From the NCBI GenBank assembly GCA_951406725.2, contig OX597822.1, positions 13,764,001-13,828,000 of the forward strand: 64,000 bases of DNA, written 5' to 3'. The notes under the pieces were generated by a model that did no database searches, was not told where the DNA came from, and saw only the letters and a program-made list of their open reading frames with translations. Of this stretch, positions 13,222 through 28,648 are shown one piece after another. Each line of letters opens with the position of its first letter. The stretch's first letter is position 1. The stretch comes from Octopus vulgaris. Lineage: Eukaryota. The position numbers and the translations under genes are program-made.

Positions 13222-13410
13222 AAGTTGGCGAGTTGACAGAATGGTTAGCACGCCGGACGAAAGTGCTTAGCGGCAAGAGTTCAAATTCCGCCGTTGTCGA
13301 CTTTGCCTTTCATCCTTTCGGGATTGATAAAAGAAGTACCAGTGGAGCACTAGAATCGATGTAATCGACTAGCCCCCGTCCCTTAAATTGTACCCAAATT
13401 TGAAACCAAC
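13222..13410 (+). mobile_element. Degenerate SINE family A
   Basis: ggcgagttgacagaatggttagcacgccgg...gtcgactttgcctttcatcctttcggg. Confidence 0.8.
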
Positions 13411-13615
13411 ACAACGTATCATAAGGAAAAGTTATTCCACAATATAAAATGTGTGTGTGTAAGATATTCTATGGCAAGATTTTGGTAGTGGCATGCCTAA
13501 TAAAAAAACGAGTTGACATATTTCTATACAATTAAATCATATGCGTCTGTATCTAGTTTGCGTTGAGAACAAGCACACCGAAATAGGGAAGAGAACCATT
13601 CCTAAACCATCTGAA

Positions 13616-14368
13616 TATAAGCTGAGTAAACTTTGTCCTCTGCTTCTCTTTCTCTTTTCCTCTCCATAAAATTGGTGTGATTCTGTTCCTTTGTTCGTCT
13701 CTTTCTCACTTAATCTGTTCCCTTCTTATTTATAACGAGCAGTATAGCTTGAACCTGCTAACTGTAATAATATACTGCTTGTTATTCAATACTGATGATG
13801 CAAAATATGCAAAAACAAATCGTTTACAGATATAGAAGTGTAAGAAGTATAAAGTATTAAATAAATTTGAAATTAATTGCATAAGCATAACGTTTTAACT
13901 CATTTAAAAAATCATTTTCACTTCTTTAGTTGCTTCTCTCACACATGAAAGAAATATACACCTAGTCAGCGATCTCTTAATATGTGTGTGTACGTATACA
14001 TGTATACATGTATAGGGAGAGTTTACGAAAAAAAACAAAAGATGAAGACAGGTAGTGAACAAAACAAACCGATGTATTAGTAATAGAAAAAGGAATAGAA
14101 AAAGTCTTTTATGTTTCGAGTCTACGCTTTTCGACAGAAAGGGACACAGAGAAAAACAAGGTGAGAAAAAAAATGTGTGTAACGGCTAACGATCTATCAT
14201 GGCGACTAACCCATTATTACAGTTAGCAGGTTCAAGCTATACTGCTCGTTATAAATAAGAGGGGAACAGAGTAAGTGAGAAAGAGACGAAGAAAGGAACA
14301 GAATCACACCAATTTTATGGGGAGGAAAAGAGAAAGAGAGGCAGAGGAAAAAGTTTACTCAGCTTATA
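13616..14368. repeat. Inverted duplication, about 155-bp arms (13616-13771 and 14213-14368)
   Basis: ttataacgagcagtatagcttgaacctgctaactgtaataat versus attattacagttagcaggttcaagctatactgctcgttataa. Confidence 0.9.
14012..14205 (-). mobile_element. Second copy of the 1723-1908 hammerhead-like element
   Basis: Colinear similarity; minus strand cttt-CTGTCGA-aaagcgtagactc-GAAAC-ata-aaag at 14106-14141. Confidence 0.6.
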
Positions 14369-14971
14369 CATGTATGTATGGACGTATGTATGTATCCATG
14401 TAGGTATATGTACAAAGAAAGTAAGGAAGAAAGAAGGCAGGCAGGAAGATAAGAAGGAAAAAGGCGAGAAAGAAAGACCTGTTTTGTTATATAACGCGCT
14501 TCGTGTTGTGCTTCTATCGTCGTTGGGCCCACGGTGTGTGCCACTCGCTCCACGTTGCCAGTTATACCACGTCTTCATCTGGCCATGAAGCTAAGTGGTT
14601 AAATGTATGATGTGTAGTATGACATATTGTGCTCCCTCCAGTGTTCAGTCTTTTTCTGTAGGATCGTAGATACTGGTGTTGACCAGTGCAAGTCCCAGCA
14701 AGGTGGACTCGGTCAGGACACAACGATAATTTCCTGTTCCTGTTCCTGATGATGTACATTCAAGCATATTGTCTGGGACATGTGATGTTGCTTTTGTTGC
14801 ATCTATTTCAGTGTTCTTTGTCTGTCTCAACTGAGTAGGAGAGATAAAGTGTGAAGGATATTGTCTATTTTACTAACATTTTAGAGGATGTTAAAAGTTT
14901 ATGCTGACAGGAACTGTTGTCGTCAAAGCTCGTGGGGCGAACAAACTGTGCCCTTCAAATATCCAGGTAAT

Positions 14972-15352
14972 TCTTTTATTCTTTTACTCGTTTCAGTCAT
15001 TTGACTGGGGCCATGCTGGAGCAGCGACTTTTTTTTAGTCGAACAAATCGACCCCTGGACTTATTCTTTGTAAACCTGGTACTTATTTTATCGGTTTCTT
15101 CTGCCGAACCGTTAAATTAAGGGACGTAAACACAACAACATCGGGTGTCAAACGATGGGATGGGGAACGAACACAGACACAAAAACACATAAATATACAC
15201 AGATATATGTGACGGGCTTCTTTCAGTTTCCGTCTACAAAATCCACTCACAAGGCTTTGGTCGACCCGAGGCTATAGTAGACGACGCAGTGGCACTGGAC
15301 CCAGAACCATGTGGTGGGAAAGCAAGCTTCTTATCACACAGCTACGCTTCTA
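14972..15352 (-). mobile_element. SINE family B
   Basis: tttcagtcatttgactggggccatgctggagc ... ttcagtttccgtctac ... accatgtggtgggaaagc. Confidence 0.88.
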
Positions 15353-15784
15353 TAATATAATATATTTCGTAACTAGACAATGGCTGTGGTCTTTATACAA
15401 TCTGTTGTTTCTAGGTTATTGTGAAGAGATCGGAGCTCAAACAGGACTAGCATAGTCCAGCTTGTTACTCCTTTCTTTTTGTAGGTAAATGCATCTTTGA
15501 TAATAGCAAGCATGTTAGTCGATTGCTTTGCGTTCTTACTATGACTTCTATTACATGATTTGCGAATTTTTTTTAAATGTTTTTTGTTTAACTCCAAGTA
15601 TTTTTGCCATTTTGTGTGTTTAGTAAATAGATACTGTCAGTTATGTCGTATTTCATGTTCTTTGATGTTACTAGTAAGAAACGAGGCAGTGGTTCTGCTA
15701 GATACCACTGCAAAGTCTTCGGGTTTTCCTATCCAAAAGGATTATCCAATTCAATATTTACATGCTATCATTTATATCGTTATA

Positions 15785-16188
15785 AAGGCAGCGAGCTGGC
15801 AGAATCGTTAGCACGCCGGACAAAATGCTTAGTGATATTTCGTCTGCCGTTACGTTCCGAGTTCAAATTCCGCCGAAGTCGACTTTGCCTTTCACCCTTT
15901 TGGGGTCGATTAAATAAGTACCAGTTACGCACTGGGGTCGATATAATCGACTTAATCCGTTTGTCTGTCCTTGTTTGTCCTCTCTGTGTTTAGCCCCTTG
16001 TGGGTAGTAAAGAAATAGGTATTTCGCCCGTCGCTACACTCCGTGTTCAAATTCCACCGAGGTCTACTCTGCCTTTCATCCTTTCGGGGTCGATAAATTA
16101 AGTACCAGTAAAACACCGAGGTTGATGTAAACGCCTATTCCCCTCCCCCTATATTTCAGGCCTCGTGCCTTTAGTAGAAATGATTATT
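15785..16188 (+). mobile_element. SINE family A, dimer
   Basis: Full monomer followed by a second unit starting ggtatttcg. Confidence 0.9.
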
Positions 16189-16342
16189 TATATGTTTTTT
16201 GGTCCAGTTCTAAAATGGAATTATACATACATACATACATACATACATACATACAGACATACACACACACCTATATGTGTGTGCATGCACGCGCACGCGT
16301 GTGTATACATGCACAATCTCATAAACATATATGTACTCTAAC

Positions 16343-16753
16343 AAGGCAGCGAGCTGGCAGAATCGTTAGCACGCCGGACAAAATGCTTAGTGGTATTTCG
16401 TCTGCCGCTACGTTGTGAGTTCAAATTCCGCCGAGGTCGACTTTGCCTTTCATCCTTTCGGGGTCGATTAAATAAGAACCAGTTATGCACTGGTGTCGAT
16501 ACAATCGACTTAATCCGTTTGTGTGTCCTTGTTTGTCCTCTCTGTGTTTAGCCCCTTGTGGGTAGTAAATAAATAGGTATTTCGTCTGCCGTTACGTTCC
16601 GAGTTCAAATTCCGCCGTGGTCGACTTTGCCTTTCATCCTTTCAGGGTCGATAAATTAAGTACCAGTTACGCACTGGGGTCCATATAATCGACTTAATCC
16701 CTTTGTCCTTGTTTGTCCCCTCTATGTTTAGCCCCTTGTGGGCAATAAAGAAA
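16343..16753 (+). mobile_element. SINE family A, dimer
   Basis: Two tandem units, each ending ttagccccttgtggg. Confidence 0.9.
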
Positions 16754-16776
16754 TATTTGTGTACTATAACATAAAC

Positions 16777-16960
16777 AACAGACTGTACAGCAGGCCATTT
16801 CATGGCACGTTAAAACATCATAGCCTGATGCTTTAACTTGTCATGAAATACTCTGAAGTATAGTCTGTTCGTTATATGTATAGGCATGTGACGGGCGATA
16901 TAGCGATGCTTATCTGATTAACGTCAAGTACGAAACAGCTGTAAGCTAATGGAATAAACA
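16777..16960 (+). mobile_element. Imperfect hairpin plus degenerate hammerhead motif plus AATAAA (Penelope-like terminus)
   Basis: Hairpin 16777-16869; CTGATTA 16914-16920; GAAAC-AGCT-GTA 16932-16943; AATAAA 16953-16958. Confidence 0.5.
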
Positions 16961-17143
16961 TCTATTCTTTCAAATGGTCACTTTTTATACATTCTGTCCA
17001 CCCTAGTGATTCCTAGATTTTCAAAACGATGGCGAGGTAACATCCTAGTGTTGACCACTGTTTTCCTCGATGTCAACACCCCAGGAGAGGAGCTAACTGT
17101 GAGGTCTGTTAGATTCTTTGAATAGCTATTCTTATACATATAT

Positions 17144-17181
<38 letters not shown>

Positions 17182-17311
17182 GCAGTAGAGTTTACGGAAT
17201 CGAGTATGGGAAATCCGGGCTACATGTTTCATAGCGAATGGAACCTCAGAAGTGGTAAAATCCAAGAGAGGTGTATGACGCTGGCTATATATAAATATAT
17301 TTACACCCCCA

Positions 17312-17371
<60 letters not shown>

Positions 17372-17415
17372 AACACGCATATATATATATATATGTGTGT
17401 GTGTGTGTATGTGTG

Positions 17416-17456
<41 letters not shown>

Positions 17457-17479
17457 TATATATATATTTTTTGTAGCTT

Positions 17480-17663
17480 ATTAAAGATGTCCTCGTACGA
17501 AACGATCGTACCGAGATTTTAACCCATTCTTGTTGCTTTTTTCCTATTTGTAATCACCCCACTTGTCGTATGGTTAACACCATATATATTTCCGGTGCAT
17601 CCTAGTTAAGGACCATATTCATGTGAATTCTTTAGAATTCACTAGAATCTCAATTACTTATCC

Positions 17664-17665
<2 letters not shown>
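17480..17665 (+). mobile_element. (TA)n-embedded element homologous to 35265-35420, with a hammerhead-like 3' half
   Basis: GAAAC-GATC-GTA at 17499-17510; shares ttgttgct...taatcaccc...ggtgc...accatattcat with the 35.3-kb element. Confidence 0.55.
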
Positions 17666-17723
<58 letters not shown>

Positions 17724-17856
17724 CAATATATATAATAATATATAAAAAAACTTTTTGCATAAGTTTTTACCGAATATGGTCCTTTTCCATACCGAAAAAC
17801 TACTAGGTGAAATTTGTTGATTTTATTAAATTAATAATTTTTCACCCCCTTATCTG

Positions 17857-17907
<51 letters not shown>

Positions 17908-18758
17908 CACTCAAGTCGCTTCCACACAGATTGTGTTCGTCGACAAATTCCAGTCACAAAGCATTACTCATTCAGAATTTTCAACAAAAAGCGATTTTTT
18001 GAAGATGTCGTGTACTGAGACCGAACCCAGAAGAGCGTGTTTGAGAAATGAACTTCGCAACCACACGGCTATTGCACTGAAATTACATTTTAACTACTGA
18101 CATTATAGTTAATATAACGTAACATAATGTAACATAACGTTCGTTTTTCTGTATCTGTGTGTGTGTGTGTGTGTGTATGCTTTTGTATATGTTTTGTGTA
18201 TATGTATGTTTGTGTGTCTACACACAAATTTTAAGACATTTCTGTACTCGTCTCTGATTGGTTAAACATATGCTTTTTTTTTTTTTCTTTTATAGCATTT
18301 AATATAAACTGAGAACGTGAAAGCGCGCTACGTGTGTGTACGTGTAGATGTGTCTGCTTTTTCTTCTGTACAATTTTTTATTCAGGCAAAATATCTTTAA
18401 ATGAAAATAAGTGTAACATCAACAATATAACGACAGCACAGCAACGACGATGGCGGCGGCGACGACACAAATTCAGCAAAAAGCAAAAAAAAAATGTCTC
18501 TAGACAGATATGAATGATATTTGTCTCGTTTTGCTTTTCATCTAAAATATATTTGCTGGTGATGTTTTTCTTCTTGTTGTCGTCATCGTGTTGCTTTTTG
18601 CTTCGTTTACTCGTGTTCAGATGTTTTTAGTGTTTTTGTAAAACTTCTGAAAAGATGTCAAGATTCGAGATTCGTCTCGGTGGACCAGGCGGGAGAGGAG
18701 TTGGTGGCAATTCAATTTATGATGCACCCCCAACACATACACACACGCGTACGCACAA

Positions 18759-18837
<79 letters not shown>

Positions 18838-18960
18838 TGTATGTATGTATGTATGTATTTGAATATATTTATGTGTATATAAATACGCAGCGAATATATA
18901 TATGGAGAGAAATGGAGAGAGAGAGAGAAATGGCCAGTTGACAGATATACATCCGTACCG

Positions 18961-20279
<1,319 letters not shown>

Positions 20280-20910
20280 TACATAAACAGACATAGAGAC
20301 GTACACTTATATGTATACACACATACATATCTGTGTATGTGCGTGTATGTATGTATGTTACAAATCTCTCAAGAAGAAATAGCCAATTTGATCAGAAAAC
20401 CCTGGCGATGGGCCCATTTTGAACAAACCAACGGACCAACACAACTTTAAGCCTCTGCATTGAAATCTTGTTAAATCTCACACTCATCAAGAAATTGTTG
20501 ATCGCAATTGAAGAAAACTTGTTTCCATTCATGAAAAAGATGAATGCCAGAAGTTGTTGTCATTCTTTGCAGAAACCCTTTTAAACAAAATTTAAGACTT
20601 GGAAAAAATCAGAGAATATCTTCATCAACTCAGAAATAGACTTAAAACATTTTTTACGAGATTGACAAAAACACCAATCGAAAATTGTCTTCGTACGCAA
20701 TAATATCCCATCAGCAATGCAAAATATCATTTATAGACTCAGTATAGGTGACTCCGAACCGCCAGTCGATCGTGTTTACTTTTAATGACCATAAGAAAGC
20801 TTTTAACTGATATAATCCACAACAAAATAATAAACACCACTATGACGTACATAGGCAAAAGTCATCGATGATTATTCGAAAGGGTTAGAGGTTATCATGC
20901 TTACCTTTAT

Positions 20911-21030
20911 GTGAAGGCGCGTGGCCTAGCGGTCAGAGTGTTGCGCTCACGGTCGCTAGATCTTAAGGTCGATTCCTGGACCGGGAGGCGTGTTCTTGAG
21001 CCAAACACTTTATTTCAAGTGACTCTAGTG
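20911..21030 (+). mobile_element. SINE family C head
   Basis: gtgaaggcgcgtggcctagcggtcag...ggtcgattcctgg...ttgagccaaacactttatttc. Confidence 0.75.
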
Positions 21031-21285
21031 CTCTTTGAAGGTCGGCACGTCGAATAATGAACCCAAAGTTTCCTCTACGGGTTGTAAAAAAAAAGGCAGG
21101 TTGAAGTAAGGTTTGCTCTCTGACCTCGGAAAAAAACCTTACCAGCTACCAAATACCCAAAACAGAGCCATGAGTTGGAGGGTTGCCGCCTAAGTTGTGT
21201 AGAGGTATCATCGGTCAGGAACGGTAAGAAACCACAAATGAATGGTGGCTGCAGCGACTCACTATTGCAGCTCATGTCCCCATAT

Positions 21286-21328
<43 letters not shown>

Positions 21329-22106
21329 GATGCTACCTTTATGGAATAGCACTGCGATTATCGACTGGTTCAAAGCCATGCCTATTAAGCGTAGATGAAC
21401 CTATTTTTTTCCAGTTCGATATCCGTATCAATTACTTGTTTGTTAGCAAATCACTTTTCCTTCAACTAATACATTTTGCAAAAAATGTCAGGAATTAAAA
21501 CATAAATATTCCTATTTGTGCGCCGCACATTTGTGAGTACAAAGACTCTATCTGGATCAATAAGCACTCCACTACGACCTTTGTGCTAGCGGCTCGATGG
21601 AGAAGAGCGACTTTATCAGTATTTACTTTCTACATAAAATTAGGGGTCATATACGCGGGGGTCTGCAGGAGAACTGCACGAAAACGACTGCTTTCTTGTC
21701 GTCAAGGACTAGAAAAAAAAGCCATATCGAATTGTTTATCGTAATCCAAAGATTAAAAACAAAACCCAGTGATACTCAGGAGTATCCAATACATAAAATG
21801 CAGAGTAATATGTTTTATGTATATTTACATATTTACGAGGATGCCTTCGCTTCTTTCGAAATGTGTGTGCGTGGGGGAGGGTGAATATACATAATATTTA
21901 TATATCTTATATTACTTGTAATATTCAATTTATAAAATAAGACTGTCTGTTGCATCTATCGATATATCTGGCTGTATCATCTATTTTCTTTGTGTATTGC
22001 CCGTTCGTCAATTTATCTGAGTAGTCTCAGGGACTGATGTAAACGACAGCATTAATTAAATATTTACAATCTTCTTTCGATGATATATACATACATATAC
22101 ATATAT

Positions 22107-22156
<50 letters not shown>

Positions 22157-22252
22157 GCTGTCTATAAATCTTAACACACACCCACACGTATATATATATA
22201 ATACATACACAAAAATCCTCGAGTACATACATATAGCAATATATATATATAT

Positions 22253-22560
22253 TGGACAAGATACTGTGATAGCCTGGGCTTCAGAGGCCCACAGCTCTTC
22301 AATATCCTCCCGAAGAACCTGAGGGACCTGCATGGGGTGGATGCAGATGTCTTTAAAGTAGGACTGGATCTCTTCCTGTTAGGTGTCCCAGATAAACCTA
22401 CTTCACGGCAGGAGGTGCAGTTGAGGGCAGCTGCATCGAACTCTATCATGCACCAAATGGCAGTTGCTAAAAAGCATTCGTGAAGTAAAATCATGTAGCA
22501 ACACCAAATGGCGGTGCCCCAGCATGGCCACAGCTCGTGAGCTGAAACTAGATAAAATAA
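22253..22560 (+). mobile_element. 5'-truncated CR1-like LINE 3' end
   Basis: Homologous to 28649-29200 ([20 protein letters not shown]...); ends ggcggtgccccagcatggccacagctcgtgagctgaaactagataaaataaa. Confidence 0.75.
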
Positions 22561-22690
22561 ATTTTTTTAAAATATATATATATACATACATACATATACA
22601 TATATATAGATATACACAGGCATATGTACATCCATGTTTATATATACACAACATATATATTACACAATGTGTGTGTGTATGTGTGAAGAG

Positions 22691-22761
<71 letters not shown>

Positions 22762-22863
22762 AAATAAGGATATATTTAGAAACAGAACTGAATACTTAAG
22801 TATATTATGGAAGTTATCATGACGTTAATGCTATTACAGGAGACAAAACAATGTCCACCCACA

Positions 22864-22924
<61 letters not shown>

Positions 22925-22951
22925 ACACATACACACACACACACTCACTCA

Positions 22952-22996
<45 letters not shown>

Positions 22997-23505
22997 AGAC
23001 AGAAAGACAGAAACAGACAAAAGAAATGAAATTTGAAAGTCATACCACAAACTAAATGAACCACGTTAATGGTGGTGTAAAATAACTACTTCTTAACTTT
23101 ATCTGATAAATACTTGTTGTGGTTATTTTGTTTTTAGGTGGTTTTTCGCCCTAAGTGAAATCTGATCGAACGGAAGTAATGGGTCGAAAGGCCATTCTAG
23201 TTGAGAGAGACATTTTATTTTATTTTTTTAGCTGTATGTACGACTATTGTCAGGTGACCAGCTGTGTTACCAAGAAGTTCGCTTCACGAACATGCAGTCA
23301 TGGTTTCATTCCTAGTATAAGTCATTCGGTTACAAATGGCCTTAGAGTTTCAGGGGAACCGATAATCTCTTTGTAAACATAAGGCGGCAAGCTGGAAAAT
23401 TCGTTAACATGTTTCTTCACAATCCATTTTGAATTTTCCTTTGATTTAAAGTTTTTTAAAGGATGCTCTCAATGCTTCAATACATACATACATTTATATA
23501 TATGA

Positions 23506-23561
<56 letters not shown>

Positions 23562-23564
<3 letters not shown>

Positions 23565-23886
23565 CTCGACTCCGTCGATCAGGAATGACTATGGATGCAC
23601 CTAAGAGGTTCCTCTCTGGGGTACAAGCCTGGGTAGAAAGTTGCCTCACCGGCGAACGCACAACCCAGTGTTGTTTTTATGGAAGACCAGCGGTCGCCCA
23701 TGCATACCAGCCTCTCCTCTCCACACCACCCATGTTGCCCAAAGGAAAGGCAAAGGGGCCGATACTGCATGGCACCAGTGACGACAACGCATTTCTACAG
23801 ATGAGTGAACTGGAGCAACGCGAATCGAACTCACAACCTCACGATTGTAAGTTCGACGCTCTAACCTCTGAGCCACGTGCCTTCAC
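23562..23886 (-). mobile_element. SINE family C variant with a different 3' body
   Basis: Minus-strand head gtgaaggcacgtggctcagaggttagagcg...gtgagttcgattc. Confidence 0.7.
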
Positions 23887-24544
23887 TATATTTGTGTATA
23901 TGTGTGTGTGCGTGTATGTATTTGTCCTCCATCATTGCTTGACAACCGCTGTTGGTGTGTTTACGTCCCCGTAACTTAGTGGTTTGACAAAAGAGACCGA
24001 TACAATAGGTACCAGGCTTGAAAAAGCATACTGGTGTCTAAGCATTCGACCGAAAATTCATCAAGACGACGCCCCAGCATGGCTGCTGCCCAATTAGTGA
24101 AGCAAGGAAGATGATAGATTAAAAGATTATGATGGTTGATGACGTGACGGCGACTGCTGCGATGACGTTGCAGAGGAGGAGTAGGAGGGATTTGAACTCA
24201 AAACCTAAAAGAACGTAACTAAATACTTCAAAGCTCTTCCCTAATCACGCAATCCGTTCTTCCATAACTTTCACTAATTTGCCAATTCAGCCGCCTTAGC
24301 CACCCTCCTAGTTTCACATACACACACAGACCGCGAGTCTATTAATCGCTTGGATTATCTCAGTTAATCTCAGATTTATCCATTCCTGATATTACACGGT
24401 GTAACTCTGTAGTTCCGGGTTCAGTCCCACTGCGCGGCACCTTGAGCAAGTGTCTTCTACTATATCTGTGGACTGACCAGTGTCCTGAGTGGATTTGGGC
24501 AACGGAACCTGTTCGAAAGTACGCTGAGTTCTTTAATTTTTTTA

Positions 24545-25093
<549 letters not shown>

Positions 25094-25096
25094 TTA

Positions 25097-25489
25097 TCTC
25101 TATCTCTATATATAAAGCTGAAGCAGTCTGTGTATGTCAGGTTTGGTAGCCTTCAACTAACACTATCTCCTCCGAGACCCTGCGGCGCAAGTTGACCTAA
25201 ATTGAGAGTATGATAGAAGGATTGCTCTTCCTTCCGTAGAAGAAAAAATTCAAATCGGACCATATTAAGACCAAAAATTATTTACATCAAAAATGTGCTT
25301 TTTTTCTATGAAAACCCCATTTTTTTACGATTTTTTGACTGCTGTGTCGCCATTTTTCGGTGTATTTCAACCAGAAAAATGTTCACTTAAAGAGAATAAC
25401 AAGCTACATAATGCCAAATTTTTACTTTTCAAAAATTCCAGTTCTAAAGGGTAGAAACAAACCCGAGCAACGCCGGGCGATACTGCTAG
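25097..25489 (+). mobile_element. Non-autonomous Helitron
   Basis: 5' TC, 3' cccgagcaacgccgggcgatactgCTAG, inserted between A and T. Confidence 0.75.
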
Positions 25490-25926
25490 TATATATATAT
25501 ATATATATACATAACGATTCTGCCAGCATGCCGCCTATTTTAATAATATTGGTAATAGCAGTAAGAAGAAAAAGAAAGTTGTTAGCGTTTGACAATCACG
25601 CCATATGTGTCAAAAGATTATAGTATTTTTATTGAGGAAAGAATAACGGACTTTAATGCAGTTTCTAAGTGCAAGATGCCATAGTTTCGGGAGATAATCA
25701 TGTCAATTATTGCTTTTTATTCTCTTTCATTTTTGCTTTTATCTTTTGTTTATTGTTTATTCCTCCACGCAATCGCCCGATTTTGTATAGACGATGAGTG
25801 AACAGACACGCTCAGTGGCTTCTATTTGTGCACAGACACACACACACACACACGCACCTACACGGTACACAAATACATACACATACATATACACATAGAT
25901 ATACACATATACGTGTGTCTTTACGA

Positions 25927-25973
<47 letters not shown>

Positions 25974-26068
25974 CATACATACATTTGAATATGTGTGTGC
26001 ATGTATATATGTCCATATATACATATATACATACATACAGATAGATAGATAGATATATAGATAGACAG

Positions 26069-26148
<80 letters not shown>

Positions 26149-26392
26149 GTTGCAATATTTCTTCCGGCTCGTTATGTCCTGAGCTGAAACCCAACTGAAG
26201 TCATCTTCGCCTTTCATCCTTTTCGGGGATCGATTTGTAATAGGCTTAACTCCTCTGCTTCAACTTTGCTTCAGAATTGTGTCTATATCAGAAACCATAT
26301 ATACGTTCACGAGTGCGCGGTGTGGCTTCCCCTCTCTTTCTCTGAGAGTGTGTGTGTTTGCGCGTATGTGTACGCGTGTATATATATATATA

Positions 26393-26768
26393 TCTTTATA
26401 TATAAAAGTGAAGTTGTGTGTCTGTCTCCTACGATTTAGATTCCTAACTACTCCCACATTTTGCGGTGCAGTTTAACCAAAACCGGGTATCTTATAGTTG
26501 TGATTCATATCGAGCCCTTCTGGGTATTAGCGCGCGTCTACGATGAGTCTACGATTAAAAAAAAATTACCATCATTTTTTTCGCTATTATATAAGGGAAG
26601 TAACTCTCTAAAAATGTCTACGATGAGTCAACGATTTAAAAAAAAAATTACCATCATTTTTTTTTCCATTTTTAATGCATTTTTTGCTATTTTTTGGCTA
26701 TAACCCTCTAAAAATGCTTATATAGTTATTTCCCTTACAAACCCGAGCAACGCCGGGCGATACTGCTC

Positions 26769-26769
<1 letters not shown>
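26393..26769 (+). mobile_element. Non-autonomous Helitron with an internal direct repeat
   Basis: 5' TC, 3' cccgagcaacgccgggcgatactgctcg; gtctacgatgagtc..aaattaccatcatttttt occurs twice. Confidence 0.75.
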
Positions 26770-26800
<31 letters not shown>

Positions 26801-27404
26801 CATACATACATACATATATATATTTATGTATATATATATGTGTGTGAGTGTGTATGTATATATGTATGTATGTATGTATAATTGTATAATTGTATGTATG
26901 GATGTATTAGTATTTATTAAATTAACGATATGGAATTAGCGCAGGCTCCATTATCTAAAGAATTCTTCCGGGAACACAAAAATTCTTTACAGAAAGAAAT
27001 AAAACGAAGAAAACTCCCCTTCTCCAGTCATTCTCCATCACACCTTCCTCTCTCCCTCTCTCTTTCCCGCCTTCTCATTCCCGTCGACCATCCCACATTC
27101 CCTGCATCATCCCCCTCCCCCTCCCCCGAATACGTAGCATTTCATATCTGGCCGTCGCTTCCAAATTGAGACTATTTGCAGCCAATTAAATCAATCATTA
27201 CATTCCAAAGGAGACAGTTCACAACCGATTGTAAAATACAGTTATTTACAAAGCCTTTTGCGATGATGGAAGTCCTACGTCCGAAAACGAATGCATGGCA
27301 TGAATGATGAAAGTGCAAAAAATGGATCACCGAGTCATGCCGATGAGGATTTGCATTCGATGGAATTATGTTGTGTGGTGCTTAGTAGTTTGTGAGTTTG
27401 GGTA

Positions 27405-27747
<343 letters not shown>

Positions 27748-27916
27748 TAGTAATTTGTGGTAAATCATTTTACCTTTGCCCATATAATACAGTAAATGAA
27801 TTGATTGCATCGCAATCATTAACATTTATGTATTAACCTTGTTGGGTACTTCACTAGCAGTATATTGGATATACGTTATCCCATAGAGGGTTGCATTTAC
27901 AACCCCTATCTCAATT

Positions 27917-28260
<344 letters not shown>

Positions 28261-28480
28261 TTTGACTATTTATTAAAATTTTATGTATTGATTAAGTCTT
28301 TCCTTGTTTGTTTTACAAAATAGTGGTTTTGTCTCTAATAATATTTTATAATATTTTACTATAAAATTGGATTTAATCCTAAATCTGATTTTTTCCTGTA
28401 AATTTGGATTTATTCCCTAATATTTATTATTATTATATATATATATAAATATATATATATAAATATATATATATATAAAT

Positions 28481-28575
<95 letters not shown>

Positions 28576-28606
28576 ACTATATATATAGTTGTATTTCGGA
28601 ATGGTG

Positions 28607-28641
<35 letters not shown>

Positions 28642-28648
28642 GGGGAGG

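Noticed and set aside
15785-16753. Regularly recurring repeats suggesting a CRISPR-like array
   Set aside because: Eukaryotic SINE dimers; no short repeat and unique-spacer periodicity, no cas genes
20345-20760. Coding-like A-rich stretch, possible transposase remnant
   Set aside because: Multiple stops and no diagnostic motif recognised
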